Virus record (IMG/VR): IMGVR_UViG_3300031760_000010
Span: 32,001 to 96,000 of that record
Length of the DNA stretch: 64,000 nt
Origin: a virus
Taxonomy: Duplodnaviria > Caudoviricetes
Reading direction: 5' to 3' (one strand)
The translations under genes and the position numbers were made by a program. Shown here in pieces: positions 39,677 to 49,673 of this stretch (position 1 is its first letter; each line of letters starts with the position of its first letter). The notes beneath the pieces were generated by a model. It searched no databases and was not told the origin of the DNA. It worked only from the letters and a program-made list of their open reading frames with translations.

Positions 39677-39883
39677 TAGGAGGGAAGAGAATGTATCAGA
39701 TAGTTGTATGTTCTTTATTTGTATGGATGGAATTAGTAGTGACCGCCTGGGCTGCCGCTAAAAAAGATATATGGCTCACGGCATTAAACGGTTTTTGCGC
39801 AACAGGTTGGATTATTATATTGGTTTATCGTATAGTACAATTTGTAAAATAATAGACAGGGAAATCAAAAGGAGGTATGTTAT

Positions 39884-40087
39884 ATGCAGCGTAGAAATAA
39901 TATTTACAGAGGGTCGCGATTTGTCGGGGATTGTGGTATAATTATACCACTTCCGAGAATGTCAAGGCAGAGAGAAAAAGGACATATCAAGGATCTGTGG
40001 TGTCCTAAGTGTGGGAAAGTGCATGGGTTCAAGGAAGTGAAGAGCAATGAGTTTATTATGACGATGAGCGGAGAAAGGATATGGTAA
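39884..40087 (+). CDS. Zn-ribbon protein
   Basis: REKGHIKDLWCPKCG. Confidence 0.6.
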   Translation: MQRRNNIYRGSRFVGDCGIIIPLPRMSRQREKGHIKDLWCPKCGKVHGFKEVKSNEFIMTMSGERIW

Positions 40088-40095
40088 AATAATAA

Positions 40096-40704
40096 ATGAT
40101 TGGGTTATTATTTCCATGGTTAATTATTGCTGCGGTTTTGGCAGAAAAAACAAAAGAAAAACATTATAATAGTATACAAAAAACAAATATTGCTGATTAT
40201 AGAAGCATTATATATTATGATTATACTGGGTCTCCCAGGTATGCAGTAACAGACGAAAAGGTGCTTATTCATTCCATTAATAATATTAGAATGTATTATT
40301 CTTTGAAAACAGGGAAATTATTATATGATGAGGGAGATGAAATACTTCATTGTTATAATCAATTTTGTCGAGATAAAGGAATGAGAGGACATTATGGTTT
40401 TATCGATGAGTATATGCAAGGAGTCAGGCATCCTGTTAGTCGCAAATTATTTTATTTTGATGACATGAATAGACCATATATTTTATTCATGATTCGACCA
40501 GAATATACAACAGAAAAAATAAATACAAATTATTGTTGCTATCTATGTCATTTTAAAGGAGACTTGGTTCCTTTTGAATTGCAACGTAGTGATAATAATC
40601 GTTATGTATTAGAAGACTATATTGATAGATATAATATAGATGCAAACAGTATGATAATAATACCAACAAATGAAATTCATTTTTATGATTTGGATAAAGC
40701 ATAA
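40096..40704 (+). CDS. AT-rich hypothetical protein with N-terminal anchor
   Basis: Hydrophobic N-terminus. Confidence 0.55.
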   Translation: MIGLLFPWLIIAAVLAEKTKEKHYNSIQKTNIADYRSIIYYDYTGSPRYAVTDEKVLIHSINNIRMYYSLKTGKLLYDEGDEILHCYNQFCRDKGMRGHYGFIDEYMQGVRHPVSRKLFYFDDMNRPYILFMIRPEYTTEKINTNYCCYLCHFKGDLVPFELQRSDNNRYVLEDYIDRYNIDANSMIIIPTNEIHFYDLDKA

Positions 40705-40732
40705 TATTTAAATATGACATGAGGAGGTCACT

Positions 40733-41719
40733 ATGAATGGTAGGGAAGAATATAATTATCGGTTGAAAATTAAAAATGACAAATATATCCATGATCACCC
40801 AGAATTGAGGGGGTTTAAAAACTATTTAAGTGATTATAGTCAAACGACGGTTTATAATTACTTGTTAATTATTACCAGGTTTAATGAATATGTTAAAAAG
40901 CCAGAACAAAGATTAACTATTGATGATTTTAGTGGCTATTTAAATATTATGAAATTTAAAGAAAATGGCGAACTACGTAACAATAGTAACATGATTACTA
41001 TTTATCATGCATTGAAAAACTATGCTAGTTATTTAGAAGCTAAAGGGGTTTTAAAAAATAATCCTATGGAAAAAGTTAGGCGGCCAAAGTTTTCTGAAAG
41101 TCAAATTACGATTCAAAAAAGGGAAAATGCTTTTTTGACGTCACAAGAAATTACAGAACTGTTAAATAACATAAAACAGGGGGTAGGATCTTCAAAAGCA
41201 AAATCTTTTCAAGAACATTTAAAAGAAAGAGATATTGCTATTGTTCTAGTCTTTCTGAGCACTGGTATCCGTTGTTCTGCATTGTGTAATTTAGATGTAG
41301 ATAGCTATGATGCTACCAACCATAGATTAATTGTAACTGATAAGGGAGATAAAACACAATTTTTTTCGTTAAATAGTATAACTTGTGATGCGATTAATAC
41401 TTGGTTACATATTAGGTCTCGTATGATAGCTGATACTGATAATTGTAATGCTTTATTTATTTCTCAAAAACGGAAAAGAATGGATCAATCAACAATTAGT
41501 TACAATTTGAAAAAATATACTATTACCATTCAAGGCAAACATATCACTCCTCATAAACTTCGGGCTACTTATGGTACTCAGCTTTATGAAGCGACAAAAG
41601 ATATTTATTTTGTCCAAAAAGCTATGGGACATAATTCTCCGACGACTACAGAGAGATATGTAAGAGGCCAGGATGAGGTGACAAAGGAAGCTTCTGATAT
41701 TATGGGAAGACTGTTTTAA
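40733..41719 (+). CDS. Tyrosine recombinase/integrase
   Basis: TGIRCSAL (R), DKG (K), HKLR, MGH, TTERY (Y). Confidence 0.9.
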   Translation: MNGREEYNYRLKIKNDKYIHDHPELRGFKNYLSDYSQTTVYNYLLIITRFNEYVKKPEQRLTIDDFSGYLNIMKFKENGELRNNSNMITIYHALKNYASYLEAKGVLKNNPMEKVRRPKFSESQITIQKRENAFLTSQEITELLNNIKQGVGSSKAKSFQEHLKERDIAIVLVFLSTGIRCSALCNLDVDSYDATNHRLIVTDKGDKTQFFSLNSITCDAINTWLHIRSRMIADTDNCNALFISQKRKRMDQSTISYNLKKYTITIQGKHITPHKLRATYGTQLYEATKDIYFVQKAMGHNSPTTTERYVRGQDEVTKEASDIMGRLF

Positions 41720-41735
41720 AAAGGAGGTAAATAAA

Positions 41736-42023
41736 TTGTATAATTACATTAGACTGCTTCATGGATTCGCCTATGTAGATAAAAAGTCTACTCTTAAACA
41801 TGGAGATCTGATCGGTGGCATTGATCAGGATCCAAAAGAAATTAAAAGGTGGCCGATTGACAGATTGGAAGAAGCAAAACAGGAATTAGAGTTGCTTCGG
41901 TGTACATATACAAAACATTTTGATATAGAACGGTGGGAAGAGTATGCACTGGAATACATTCAGGTAGACGATGATGGTGATATTGTAGCTTACGGTGATT
42001 ATATTTATGCAGAGGAAGATTAA
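41736..42023 (+). CDS. Hypothetical protein
   Basis: AGGAGG RBS, TTG start. Confidence 0.55.
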   Translation: MYNYIRLLHGFAYVDKKSTLKHGDLIGGIDQDPKEIKRWPIDRLEEAKQELELLRCTYTKHFDIERWEEYALEYIQVDDDGDIVAYGDYIYAEED

Positions 42024-42030
42024 ATAAGAA

Positions 42031-42222
42031 ATGGCAATTTACATTCCGAATTATGATCCGCTTTCTTCATGTGACCTTTGTTTTATGGCAGACTATTCTC
42101 CTTTTGAAAATTATATACAGTGTTGTATAACTAAAGAAATTATTTCTGGAAATCCAGGGCTTGTCGTGCAGAAACCTGATACATGTCCCCTTATTAAGGT
42201 AGACGAAAGGTATATGGATTGA
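42031..42222 (+). CDS. Cys-rich small protein
   Basis: CDLC...CPL. Confidence 0.5.
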   Translation: MAIYIPNYDPLSSCDLCFMADYSPFENYIQCCITKEIISGNPGLVVQKPDTCPLIKVDERYMD

Positions 42223-42480
42223 TTGGCAGAGGGAGGGGTGAATAGGGTGGAAGAATTAAAAAGGTGCCCGTTTTGTGGAGAACAGCCAGTATCTGGAGTT
42301 GAATTTTCTGGAAGCGATGGTGTAACAATAAAATTAAAAGCGGTTGTTCGTTGCCCAAGATGCGACGTTTCAAGAGGGTTTGTTTTTAAAGCAACGGATA
42401 TTAATCCAGTACCGTTTTTTACTTATGAAGTGGCTTTTGATAAAGCTAAAACGCAATGGAATCAAAGGAGTGACGTATGA
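42223..42480 (+). CDS. Lar-family (restriction alleviation-like) Zn-ribbon protein
   Basis: ELKRCPFCG...CPRC...AKTQWNQR. Confidence 0.65.
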   Translation: MAEGGVNRVEELKRCPFCGEQPVSGVEFSGSDGVTIKLKAVVRCPRCDVSRGFVFKATDINPVPFFTYEVAFDKAKTQWNQRSDV

Positions 42481-42621
42481 CTTTTCTTGTGAGTATGATT
42501 GTTGGGTGTCTTTTGTGTATAGCGCTTAGTTTAAGCAGTATAGTTGCTGAATTAAAAGGGATAGAAAAAGAGTTGAAGTTGATGCGAAAACATAGGACCG
42601 ATTGTTAAGGAGGGAAAATGA

Positions 42622-43047
42622 ATGTGGGTGGCTGTCGTGCTTGACTGCTTGCTTATTGTATTTGTAGGAATAGCTTTGGTATACGTCGTCATGACTATCT
42701 GTAATTATATTAGTAATGACAGTGAATTTTGGTTTTGTCCCGCGCCAAAAGACAAAAGTAACTTGTATATTTCATTCGATAGATTCTATACATTGTATTC
42801 TATTGCACCAGATAAGTGGCGCTTGTACAGGGTGCCTCGTGGCGTGGAATATTATGATAAAATACTATATCATGATGAAATACTATATATGGAATCATTG
42901 ATTGATAGAATACGATTCTACATGTTTTACAAGCACAAAGAAGATTTAAAGATCAAAGAGTGGACTGATAAGAGAGTAAAGGATTTGATAAAGAGCTGGC
43001 AGAACGATATTGATAATTTTAAGAGGGAAACCAATAAAAGAAAATGA
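42622..43047 (+). CDS. Membrane-anchored hypothetical protein
   Basis: N-terminal TM. Confidence 0.55.
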   Translation: MWVAVVLDCLLIVFVGIALVYVVMTICNYISNDSEFWFCPAPKDKSNLYISFDRFYTLYSIAPDKWRLYRVPRGVEYYDKILYHDEILYMESLIDRIRFYMFYKHKEDLKIKEWTDKRVKDLIKSWQNDIDNFKRETNKRK

Positions 43048-43142
43048 GAAAGATTTTTATTATTGGCTGGTGTTTTATGGCGGCAAGGTTTGTGACTGGG
43101 ATATTGATTGGGAGAAAACAAAGGAAGACGAGGTGAAGAATG

Positions 43143-43397
43143 ATGAAAAATTTGATTAACCGTCAAGAAGCAATTGATGAAATAAGAATATGGAAAACTA
43201 AAACGACTGTAGAGGGTTTAGTAAATCGTATTAAGGCTTTACCGGCTAGACGACCGAAAATCGGGTGATGAGTACCAGGCGGTTATGATCTGTATTACAT
43301 TGTATGTTCATGCTGCGGTTATCAGAGATATGATTATTATGAAACTCCGAAAGCAAAATATTGTGAGAACTGTGGAATGAAAATGGATCTTACATAA
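43143..43397 (+). pseudogene. LISRQ/Zn-ribbon family gene broken by tandem TGA TGA
   Basis: MKNLINRQEAID...RPKIG**VPG...CSCCG...YCENCG; stops at 43266-43271. Confidence 0.6.
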
Positions 43398-43404
43398 GAT
43401 TAAC

Positions 43405-43596
43405 ATGTTAAAAATAATAATTAATCGAATAAAAGCAATGTTGAATGATTTACATTATGAAGTATGGAACGATTGGATAATGTCCGATGCTCTTGAATTT
43501 GGATTGGAGCCTGAATTTGTAGAAATGATGCTAGAATCCAATTATATAAATCATTATGGTAAAACATTGACTAAAATTGATGAGGAAAGCAAATGA
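43405..43596 (+). CDS. Hypothetical protein
   Basis: ORF in packed operon. Confidence 0.45.
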   Translation: MLKIIINRIKAMLNDLHYEVWNDWIMSDALEFGLEPEFVEMMLESNYINHYGKTLTKIDEESK

Positions 43597-43811
43597 ATCA
43601 AATTATGTCTGCTTGTGGGTTAGAAAGTAGACCAAGATGGCTTGATTTTGGTCCATCTAAAGAACATAGATATCATTATCAGTGTTCATATTGTGGGGAA
43701 ATAATTCATAAAAGAATTCTCCCCAAAATTTGTCCAAATTGCAAATCTAAAATGAAATTGATTTGAGGGTGATGTTGGTGAAAATTCAATGCCGCATAGA
43801 GGTATGGAAAG

Positions 43812-44117
43812 ATGACAATTAGTGAAAAGCAAATGAATATTGTAATAGATAATTACTTTAAAACAGAATGTGATGTAAATACATCTATACGCAAAGCATT
43901 TGAAAAAGGATTCCGAATAGGAGTACAAAAGGGTACTGCTCTTAAGCCAGAACAACAGATCGGCCAGTGGATTACAGAAACGATGCGTTTTGACGAAAAG
44001 TATCATACTAATGTAATACATTGCTCTAAATGTGGTGTACTGAAAAAAATTGGTTGGAGAACTGAAGACATGCATTATTGTCCAAACTGTGGTGTAAAAA
44101 TGGAGGGAAAAGAATGA
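43812..44117 (+). CDS. Zn-ribbon protein (GQW...CSKCG...YCPNCG)
   Basis: Module family. Confidence 0.6.
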   Translation: MTISEKQMNIVIDNYFKTECDVNTSIRKAFEKGFRIGVQKGTALKPEQQIGQWITETMRFDEKYHTNVIHCSKCGVLKKIGWRTEDMHYCPNCGVKMEGKE

Positions 44118-44431
44118 GTGATCCGATTGATAGGCAGCGGGCGATTGAATCTTTTTATGATTCTATAGGCGGTGTGCCTGTAGAAGCGGTCCAGTATGTA
44201 AAAGAATATGCTGATAAAATGATGAAGAGAATTAAATGCTTACCGTCTATACAGCCAGCGAAGGCAAAGTGGATATGGAAAACAGGAAGCCGCTACGAGT
44301 GCTCTGAATGCGGGACGCAAACGGAAGTTGATGAAGTTATGCAAGAGCCTGTTTATAGGGCGTGTCCATATTGTGGAGCGGATATGTGTGATAATGATGG
44401 AAATGTTAAATGGAAAAGGTATTTAAGATGA
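44114..44431 (+). CDS. IDRQ/Zn-ribbon module protein
   Basis: MSDPIDRQRAI...CSECG...CPYCG. Confidence 0.6.
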   Translation: MSDPIDRQRAIESFYDSIGGVPVEAVQYVKEYADKMMKRIKCLPSIQPAKAKWIWKTGSRYECSECGTQTEVDEVMQEPVYRACPYCGADMCDNDGNVKWKRYLR

Positions 44432-44610
44432 ATGACTTGATCAGCAGACAGGCAGCGAATAATCCGCTGGAGAAATGTTATACATGTAAGCATGTGTATC
44501 AGAGAATATCCGATGATGACACGTTGTATTGTAGATGTAGAAAGGGATGTAGGTATGAAGAATTTAAGTCCAAAAGAAGCAATAACGATTCTGGAAGACA
44601 TGAGGATTAA
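44428..44610 (+). CDS. MNDLISRQ module protein
   Basis: Shared N-terminal module. Confidence 0.55.
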   Translation: MNDLISRQAANNPLEKCYTCKHVYQRISDDDTLYCRCRKGCRYEEFKSKRSNNDSGRHED

Positions 44611-45058
44611 TACTTCATTACCAAAAGCGGCGGTAATGCAAAAAAAACGAAATGCGGCGATAGACATGGCAATTGACACTTTAAAGTATTCGGAAATGCC
44701 GAACAGTTCCGACTCAATTAGCAGGCAGGCGGCGCTTGGGGTAATAAAGCGCAAATTGGCAGAGCCAGCTTATCAACATGCAGGCGAAGATTGGTATGTT
44801 GATATGAATGACGCAGAATCTGAGTTACTTGAGTTGCCCTCCGCACAGCCAGAACAGCGGTGGATACCGTGCAGTGAGAGGTTGCCAGAAGAGAGTGGGC
44901 GATATCTTATTTCCGCTCTTGATGGAATAGGGAGAAGAACAACTGTTGCACCGTATCAGCCGAGATATAAAGCATGGACGATGACAGGAAGAATGGCATA
45001 CTGGAAGGTTATCGCATGGCAACCACTTCCTGAACCGTATGGAGGAGACAATGAATGA
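44555..45058 (+). CDS. DUF551-domain protein
   Basis: WIPCSERLPE...VIAWQPLPEPY. Confidence 0.7.
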   Translation: MKNLSPKEAITILEDMRINTSLPKAAVMQKKRNAAIDMAIDTLKYSEMPNSSDSISRQAALGVIKRKLAEPAYQHAGEDWYVDMNDAESELLELPSAQPEQRWIPCSERLPEESGRYLISALDGIGRRTTVAPYQPRYKAWTMTGRMAYWKVIAWQPLPEPYGGDNE

Positions 45059-45405
45059 AGATAGGTGATAGATGTTTTGTTCACGGATACATAGACGAAA
45101 TCCGCAAAGATACGGTAATTATCCGAAACACTGGTGGGTACTTCGGCACAGACCCGGGAGAGGTTATCACGGTAAATGATACTGCACATCCGAATTGGAT
45201 TTCTCTGGAAGACAGATTTCCAGACAATAATATGGATGTTCTGTTGCAATTTGCAAGCAATATGGGAGTTGGGTTTTTCGAAGACGGTGACTGGGCAATA
45301 AATACTGGTGATGGGATATACAGTGTTATTGGCTATGGGGAAGAAAAACCTATCGCATGGATGCCACTTCCTGAACCGTATAAGGGAGGTGAACAGGATG
45401 AATGA
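45055..45405 (+). CDS. DUF551-domain protein
   Basis: WISLEDRFP...IAWMPLPEPY. Confidence 0.7.
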   Translation: MKIGDRCFVHGYIDEIRKDTVIIRNTGGYFGTDPGEVITVNDTAHPNWISLEDRFPDNNMDVLLQFASNMGVGFFEDGDWAINTGDGIYSVIGYGEEKPIAWMPLPEPYKGGEQDE

Positions 45406-45709
45406 CTTAATCAGCAGACAGGCGGCGATTGATGCACTCCATATGCACTTAATGTACCGCATGGGAACGGATAGCAATAAAAAACGGCTTGATGATTGGA
45501 TTAACAGTTTGCCATCCGCACAGCCAGAACGCACTTGTGTTAATTGTGGCAGGACAGTAAACAACGGTGGATGGTATGCCGATGGGAGAACCAGATGCCC
45601 GATAGAAGAACATTATGCGTTGCCGAAAGATGGGTTCTGTCATTTGTGGGAGAAAAGGAACGTTACTGATGACGATTATCCAGAAAGGAGAACCGATGGC
45701 AGAGATTAA
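45398..45709 (+). CDS. MNDLISRQ module protein
   Basis: First 44 aa near-identical to 45943 gene. Confidence 0.65.
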   Translation: MNDLISRQAAIDALHMHLMYRMGTDSNKKRLDDWINSLPSAQPERTCVNCGRTVNNGGWYADGRTRCPIEEHYALPKDGFCHLWEKRNVTDDDYPERRTDGRD

Positions 45710-45950
45710 AGTCCCGATACAAGTCAATCTGCCGGATGACTGGGTTGAGCAGATTGTGGATCGCTTGCGAAATGATCCTGATGCAGAGTGGGTTGAGATC
45801 ATACGGTGTAAGGATTGCAAGTGGTATGGGAGAGTAGACAAACGAAGATTCTATAGGGGCATGGATTGTTTGCAGAAACACATTGATACGATTGTTCCAG
45901 ATAGAGACTTTTGCAGTAAGGCAGAAAGGAGAGGTGAACAGGATGAATGA
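45696..45950 (+). CDS. Cys-rich protein (IIRCKDCKW...DFCSKAERR)
   Basis: AAGGAG RBS. Confidence 0.6.
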   Translation: MAEIKVPIQVNLPDDWVEQIVDRLRNDPDAEWVEIIRCKDCKWYGRVDKRRFYRGMDCLQKHIDTIVPDRDFCSKAERRGEQDE

Positions 45951-46215
45951 TTTAATCAGCAGACAGGCAGCGATAGATGCGTTGCATATGCACCTTATGT
46001 ATCGTATGGGTACAGATAGCAATAAAAAACGGCTTGATGAATGGATCAATAATCTGCCGTCCGCACGGCCAGAAGTAAAGGAAATAGGATATGCAGAATG
46101 TGCAAATGCGATGCTGAAAATGTGGATAGACAACGTACTGACAGATGGTGAATACAATCGCATTATGGATAAGCTAAATGCCCATCATAATGCAGAGAGG
46201 AGACAGGATGGATGA
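45943..46215 (+). CDS. MNDLISRQ module protein
   Basis: Paralog of 45398 gene with different C-terminus. Confidence 0.65.
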   Translation: MNDLISRQAAIDALHMHLMYRMGTDSNKKRLDEWINNLPSARPEVKEIGYAECANAMLKMWIDNVLTDGEYNRIMDKLNAHHNAERRQDG

Positions 46216-46513
46216 TTTAATCAGCAGACAGGATGCGATTGAATATCTCATGACCAATATGAACTGGTATGACGAAGATGGATATGAATCTGACGATGAT
46301 TATAAGCGTGAGTGCATAACCGAATTAATTAACGGCGTGCCGTCCGCACGGCCAGAACGGAAGAAGGGGAAGTGGATAGAGGTTGATGACCACTATAACC
46401 GTATCAGCGGAAGATGTTCTGCTTGCGGTTGGGAAGCGTTATTGTACGAAACCGATGTTGTGGGTATGGACTTCTGCCCGAACTGCGGCGCGAAAATGAA
46501 TGAAATTACTTGA
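46208..46513 (+). CDS. LISRQ/Zn-ribbon module protein
   Basis: MDDLISRQDAI...GKW...CSACG...FCPNCG. Confidence 0.65.
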   Translation: MDDLISRQDAIEYLMTNMNWYDEDGYESDDDYKRECITELINGVPSARPERKKGKWIEVDDHYNRISGRCSACGWEALLYETDVVGMDFCPNCGAKMNEIT

Positions 46514-46557
46514 CAAATTATTTATTTAAATGTAATATAAAAGAGAGGAGGTGCCCC

Positions 46558-47805
46558 ATGAGAACAACACGAGAAGAATTAGTACAACATTTACGGAAAC
46601 CATTGTTACAACTTAGTATCGATGTACAGAAACGAAATAAGATAGTATCTTATTTGACAGAACAGTATAATGTACCAGAATCAGTTGTTTCAGACTATAT
46701 ACTTGGCCAGAAGAGTATTGATTCAGCTGATAATCAAATGTTGTTCTTTTTATGCGATGGATTAGATAAAGTACAAAAGAAATCTAATTGGGTGGATAAC
46801 TATTTTACTGATCCAGAGAAGCGGTTGTGGGGTACTTCTAAAATAGAAGAGAAGACGATTGAATGGCCGTTACGGTTTGCTATGCTGCAAGTCAGCGATG
46901 ATTCCTGGATCGGACCAGTAACTGTTCGGCAGTTAACAGAATTGTATTCTAGCCAGCTTATTAATTACAATACCAATACGCAAAGGGCTTTAAAACAGTA
47001 TTATGTAAAAAGCGAATATGTGTATAGGATTGCGATTAATAAAAACGCCGTGGCAGAAATCAAGAATCTTTTCCATGAAGGTAAATACATTTCTAATACT
47101 ATCACTTTAAATATTCCAGCTGATAGCAACGCAGATTTCTATTATGACAATAAAAGTCATGAGTTAGTAGTTAAGCATATTGATATGTTTGATATTCTAG
47201 ATGGTTATCATAGATTGTTAGCTATGATTCAAGAATATCATGATAATGAGTTTGACTATCCTATGGAGCTGCGTATTACTAATTATGATGATTTGAAGGC
47301 AAAACAATTTATTTATCAGGAAGATCAGAAAACGAAGATGCGGAAAGCTGAGTCTGATACTTATAATGTTTATTCGCCTGAGAATAAAGTCATTTCCAGA
47401 TTAAACATGGACCCTGGCAGTGAGATACAGGGTATGATTGGTATGGGAGACGCAAAAATTTCTCAGACATGGCTGTCATCTATAATTAGTATTTGGTTTA
47501 GAGGGAAGACCATAGAAGCTAGTAAAAAAATAATTCCAGAAGTGACAACTGCGCTAATGGAAGCCTTTAACAGTTTAATTGCTCATGACCGTATTTATGA
47601 GTATAAGATTTATACTTATAAAGAGATTGCCGCGGTTGGGTATTATGCTTATAAGATAACCGAGGGAAATCATTATAATAATGTTGGCGATGCGATTGCC
47701 AAGTTGATTGCTTTAATAGCTGAAGATAATAATGCTAGATTGTCTGCGAATCGTAATTTTACAAAAACTGTAATTGCTTATCTCGATAGAATCGTAAAGG
47801 GGTGA
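46558..47805 (+). CDS. DGQHR/ParB-like domain protein (YopQ-like)
   Basis: YNTNTQR, ILDGYHRL; upstream TTGACA-N17-TAATAT promoter at 46510. Confidence 0.7.
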   Translation: MRTTREELVQHLRKPLLQLSIDVQKRNKIVSYLTEQYNVPESVVSDYILGQKSIDSADNQMLFFLCDGLDKVQKKSNWVDNYFTDPEKRLWGTSKIEEKTIEWPLRFAMLQVSDDSWIGPVTVRQLTELYSSQLINYNTNTQRALKQYYVKSEYVYRIAINKNAVAEIKNLFHEGKYISNTITLNIPADSNADFYYDNKSHELVVKHIDMFDILDGYHRLLAMIQEYHDNEFDYPMELRITNYDDLKAKQFIYQEDQKTKMRKAESDTYNVYSPENKVISRLNMDPGSEIQGMIGMGDAKISQTWLSSIISIWFRGKTIEASKKIIPEVTTALMEAFNSLIAHDRIYEYKIYTYKEIAAVGYYAYKITEGNHYNNVGDAIAKLIALIAEDNNARLSANRNFTKTVIAYLDRIVKG

Positions 47806-48719
47806 CGACAGTTATGATGTATAATGCGGAGCGGAAAGAACGGTATATTGAAGCAAAAGAAGCCATTACTGAATTGCCCAATAATTTTTTGCCAAGATTG
47901 TTTAAACAGCTAAGCGATTATGAAGAAAAGTTAAGTAAAGACGCATGTGATTTTACAGAAACTGAAATTTGTTCTTATTATAAATTGAGAGGAAGTCGTT
48001 CTGTAAATAATTTAAGGAATCTTAACAGCCAATTGTCATTATACACAGATTGGTGCTTGGGCCAGGGGTTTGTTATTGATGGACAGAACCACTACAGGGT
48101 GCTGAACCAAGAAGACTTTGAGGGTTGTATTAATTTGGCTGCCATTCAGATATTGTCAATTGGAAGGGAAGATCTAATTCGTCAACTTCGTACATTGCCA
48201 AACGCAAGAGAGCGATTCGTAATTCTATATCTATTTGAGGTTGGATCCAAAGACTTAGTCAGTATTTTTAAGCAGATGACGCTTGATTGGTTTGACGGAG
48301 AGATTTTGCATTTGCCTGGCCGAGACGTAGCCATTTCTGATGAGTTATTACAATTTGCTGAGGAAGCTGCTGCAGAAAGAGAATTAGTTTCTTATAATGC
48401 AACGCAAAAAACTTTTCCGCTTGTTCCAGATGGGAAGGTAGTGCAATGGAGAAATAATCAAAGGGCAGAAATTGTACGAATGTCTCAATATTCTTTGATA
48501 TGTAAAAGAGCGATGGATTGGTTAGGATATGGATCATTGCGGCCTAAAGAAATCGAACTTATGGGAATGAAATATATGTTCGAACAATTGGGTAAAGAAT
48601 ATGGATTAAGTATAACGGACGCTATCTTTAATAAAGAACTATTCCAACGGGTTATGAACCAATACGGGGTATCATTCCCGCAAAGAGCATTTTATAATAA
48701 AATAAAAGGGTATCTGTGA
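47802..48719 (+). CDS. Degenerate tyrosine-recombinase-fold protein, MrpR/YopR-like repressor
   Basis: MYNAERKERYI, EEKLSKD, LSLYTDW, LPNARERFVILYLFE; catalytic R/HxxR absent; follows YopQ-like gene. Confidence 0.6.
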   Translation: MTTVMMYNAERKERYIEAKEAITELPNNFLPRLFKQLSDYEEKLSKDACDFTETEICSYYKLRGSRSVNNLRNLNSQLSLYTDWCLGQGFVIDGQNHYRVLNQEDFEGCINLAAIQILSIGREDLIRQLRTLPNARERFVILYLFEVGSKDLVSIFKQMTLDWFDGEILHLPGRDVAISDELLQFAEEAAAERELVSYNATQKTFPLVPDGKVVQWRNNQRAEIVRMSQYSLICKRAMDWLGYGSLRPKEIELMGMKYMFEQLGKEYGLSITDAIFNKELFQRVMNQYGVSFPQRAFYNKIKGYL

Positions 48720-48743
48720 TGCCCTTTTATGTCGGAGAGACAC

Positions 48744-48771
48744 TTGACAAATTAAAATAAAGGTGTATAAT
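48744..48771 (+). promoter_or_regulatory. Sigma-A promoter
   Basis: TTGACA-N16-TATAAT. Confidence 0.6.
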
Positions 48772-48801
48772 ATAGGATAGAACGAAGGGAGACTAGTTTT
48801 T

Positions 48802-49086
48802 ATGGGATACTGTAACTTAGCAACACTGAAGGATATCGTAGAGAATCAGTATGATGAATTTATTATTGATTACCATAACGGCAGTATAGATCTGACATAT
48901 AGTGTAGTCAATACGCAAATTGATATTGATGCAGAAAAAGGGGTTATGACAGTTGATTCGAATGAGCTGGATGAATTGTGTTTCACTGTCGGATCCGTTT
49001 GGAAGGTTGAAGAAGAGCCGGTAACAAATTCTGATAGTTATTTTTGTGGAGCAATTGTATTGACGCATCTAAAGAGTATGGAATAA
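48802..49086 (+). CDS. Acidic hypothetical protein
   Basis: GGGAG RBS. Confidence 0.55.
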   Translation: MGYCNLATLKDIVENQYDEFIIDYHNGSIDLTYSVVNTQIDIDAEKGVMTVDSNELDELCFTVGSVWKVEEEPVTNSDSYFCGAIVLTHLKSME

Positions 49087-49119
49087 GCAGTAATATAGAA
49101 ATTAATTAGCAAGACATGG

Positions 49120-49160
49120 TTGACACGGTTGTCTGGTTGTGGTAAGATAATCGTGTCAAC
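49120..49160 (+). promoter_or_regulatory. tRNA-cluster promoter inside an inverted repeat
   Basis: TTGACA-N17-TAAGAT; GTTGACACG...CGTGTCAAC. Confidence 0.65.
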
Positions 49161-49165
49161 AGTGA

Positions 49166-49241
49166 TGGGGTGTCGCCAAGGTTGGCCAAAGGCATAGCAC
49201 TTTGAATGCTACATTCGTTGGTTCAAATCCAACCACCCCAG
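49166..49241 (+). tRNA. tRNA-Gln(TTG)
   Basis: TAGCA-CT-TTG-AA-TGCTA. Confidence 0.85.
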
Positions 49242-49337
49242 CTCAGTCATAAGCAATCTGTTCCTCCAGTATATACAAAATAACAGAAAGGAAAGAGTTT
49301 CCCACATTTTTCCATTCCTTCAATGCTTATGACATTC

Positions 49338-49425
49338 GCCGGTATACTCAAGAGGTTGAAGAGGGATGACTTGAAATCATCGAGGTCACGAAAGTGGCGC
49401 GGGGGTTCGAATCCTCCTATCGGCG
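49338..49425 (+). tRNA. tRNA-Ser(TGA)
   Basis: GATGA-CT-TGA-AA-TCATC, long variable arm. Confidence 0.88.
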
Positions 49426-49499
49426 TTGTATTGACTACATATTGTGCCATTAAGGCAACCTCCTTTCGCAACCGAGCTGAGCGGTATATCTCAGCATAT

Positions 49500-49581
<82 letters not shown>

Positions 49582-49585
49582 GTTT

Positions 49586-49673
49586 TGGGGATTAGCTCAG
49601 TTGGTGAGAGCCAAGATCTTATAAATCGGAGGCCCTAACAAGGAAATCGTGGGTTCGAATCCCGCATCCCCGA
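49586..49673 (+). tRNA. Atypical tRNA-Ile(TAT) with long variable arm
   Basis: CT-TAT-AA loop, only 3 canonical anticodon-stem pairs, ~19-nt variable region. Confidence 0.6.

Noticed and set aside
43266-43271. TGA recoding to Trp
   Set aside because: Many genes here end in TGA with ATGA overlaps, long genes have no internal TGA, and tRNA-Trp has CCA; treated as a pseudogene.
45386-46074. DGR template/variable repeat pair
   Set aside because: Differences are mostly synonymous and not restricted to adenines; both copies are gene starts and lie 12 kb from the RT; no avd-like gene is evident.
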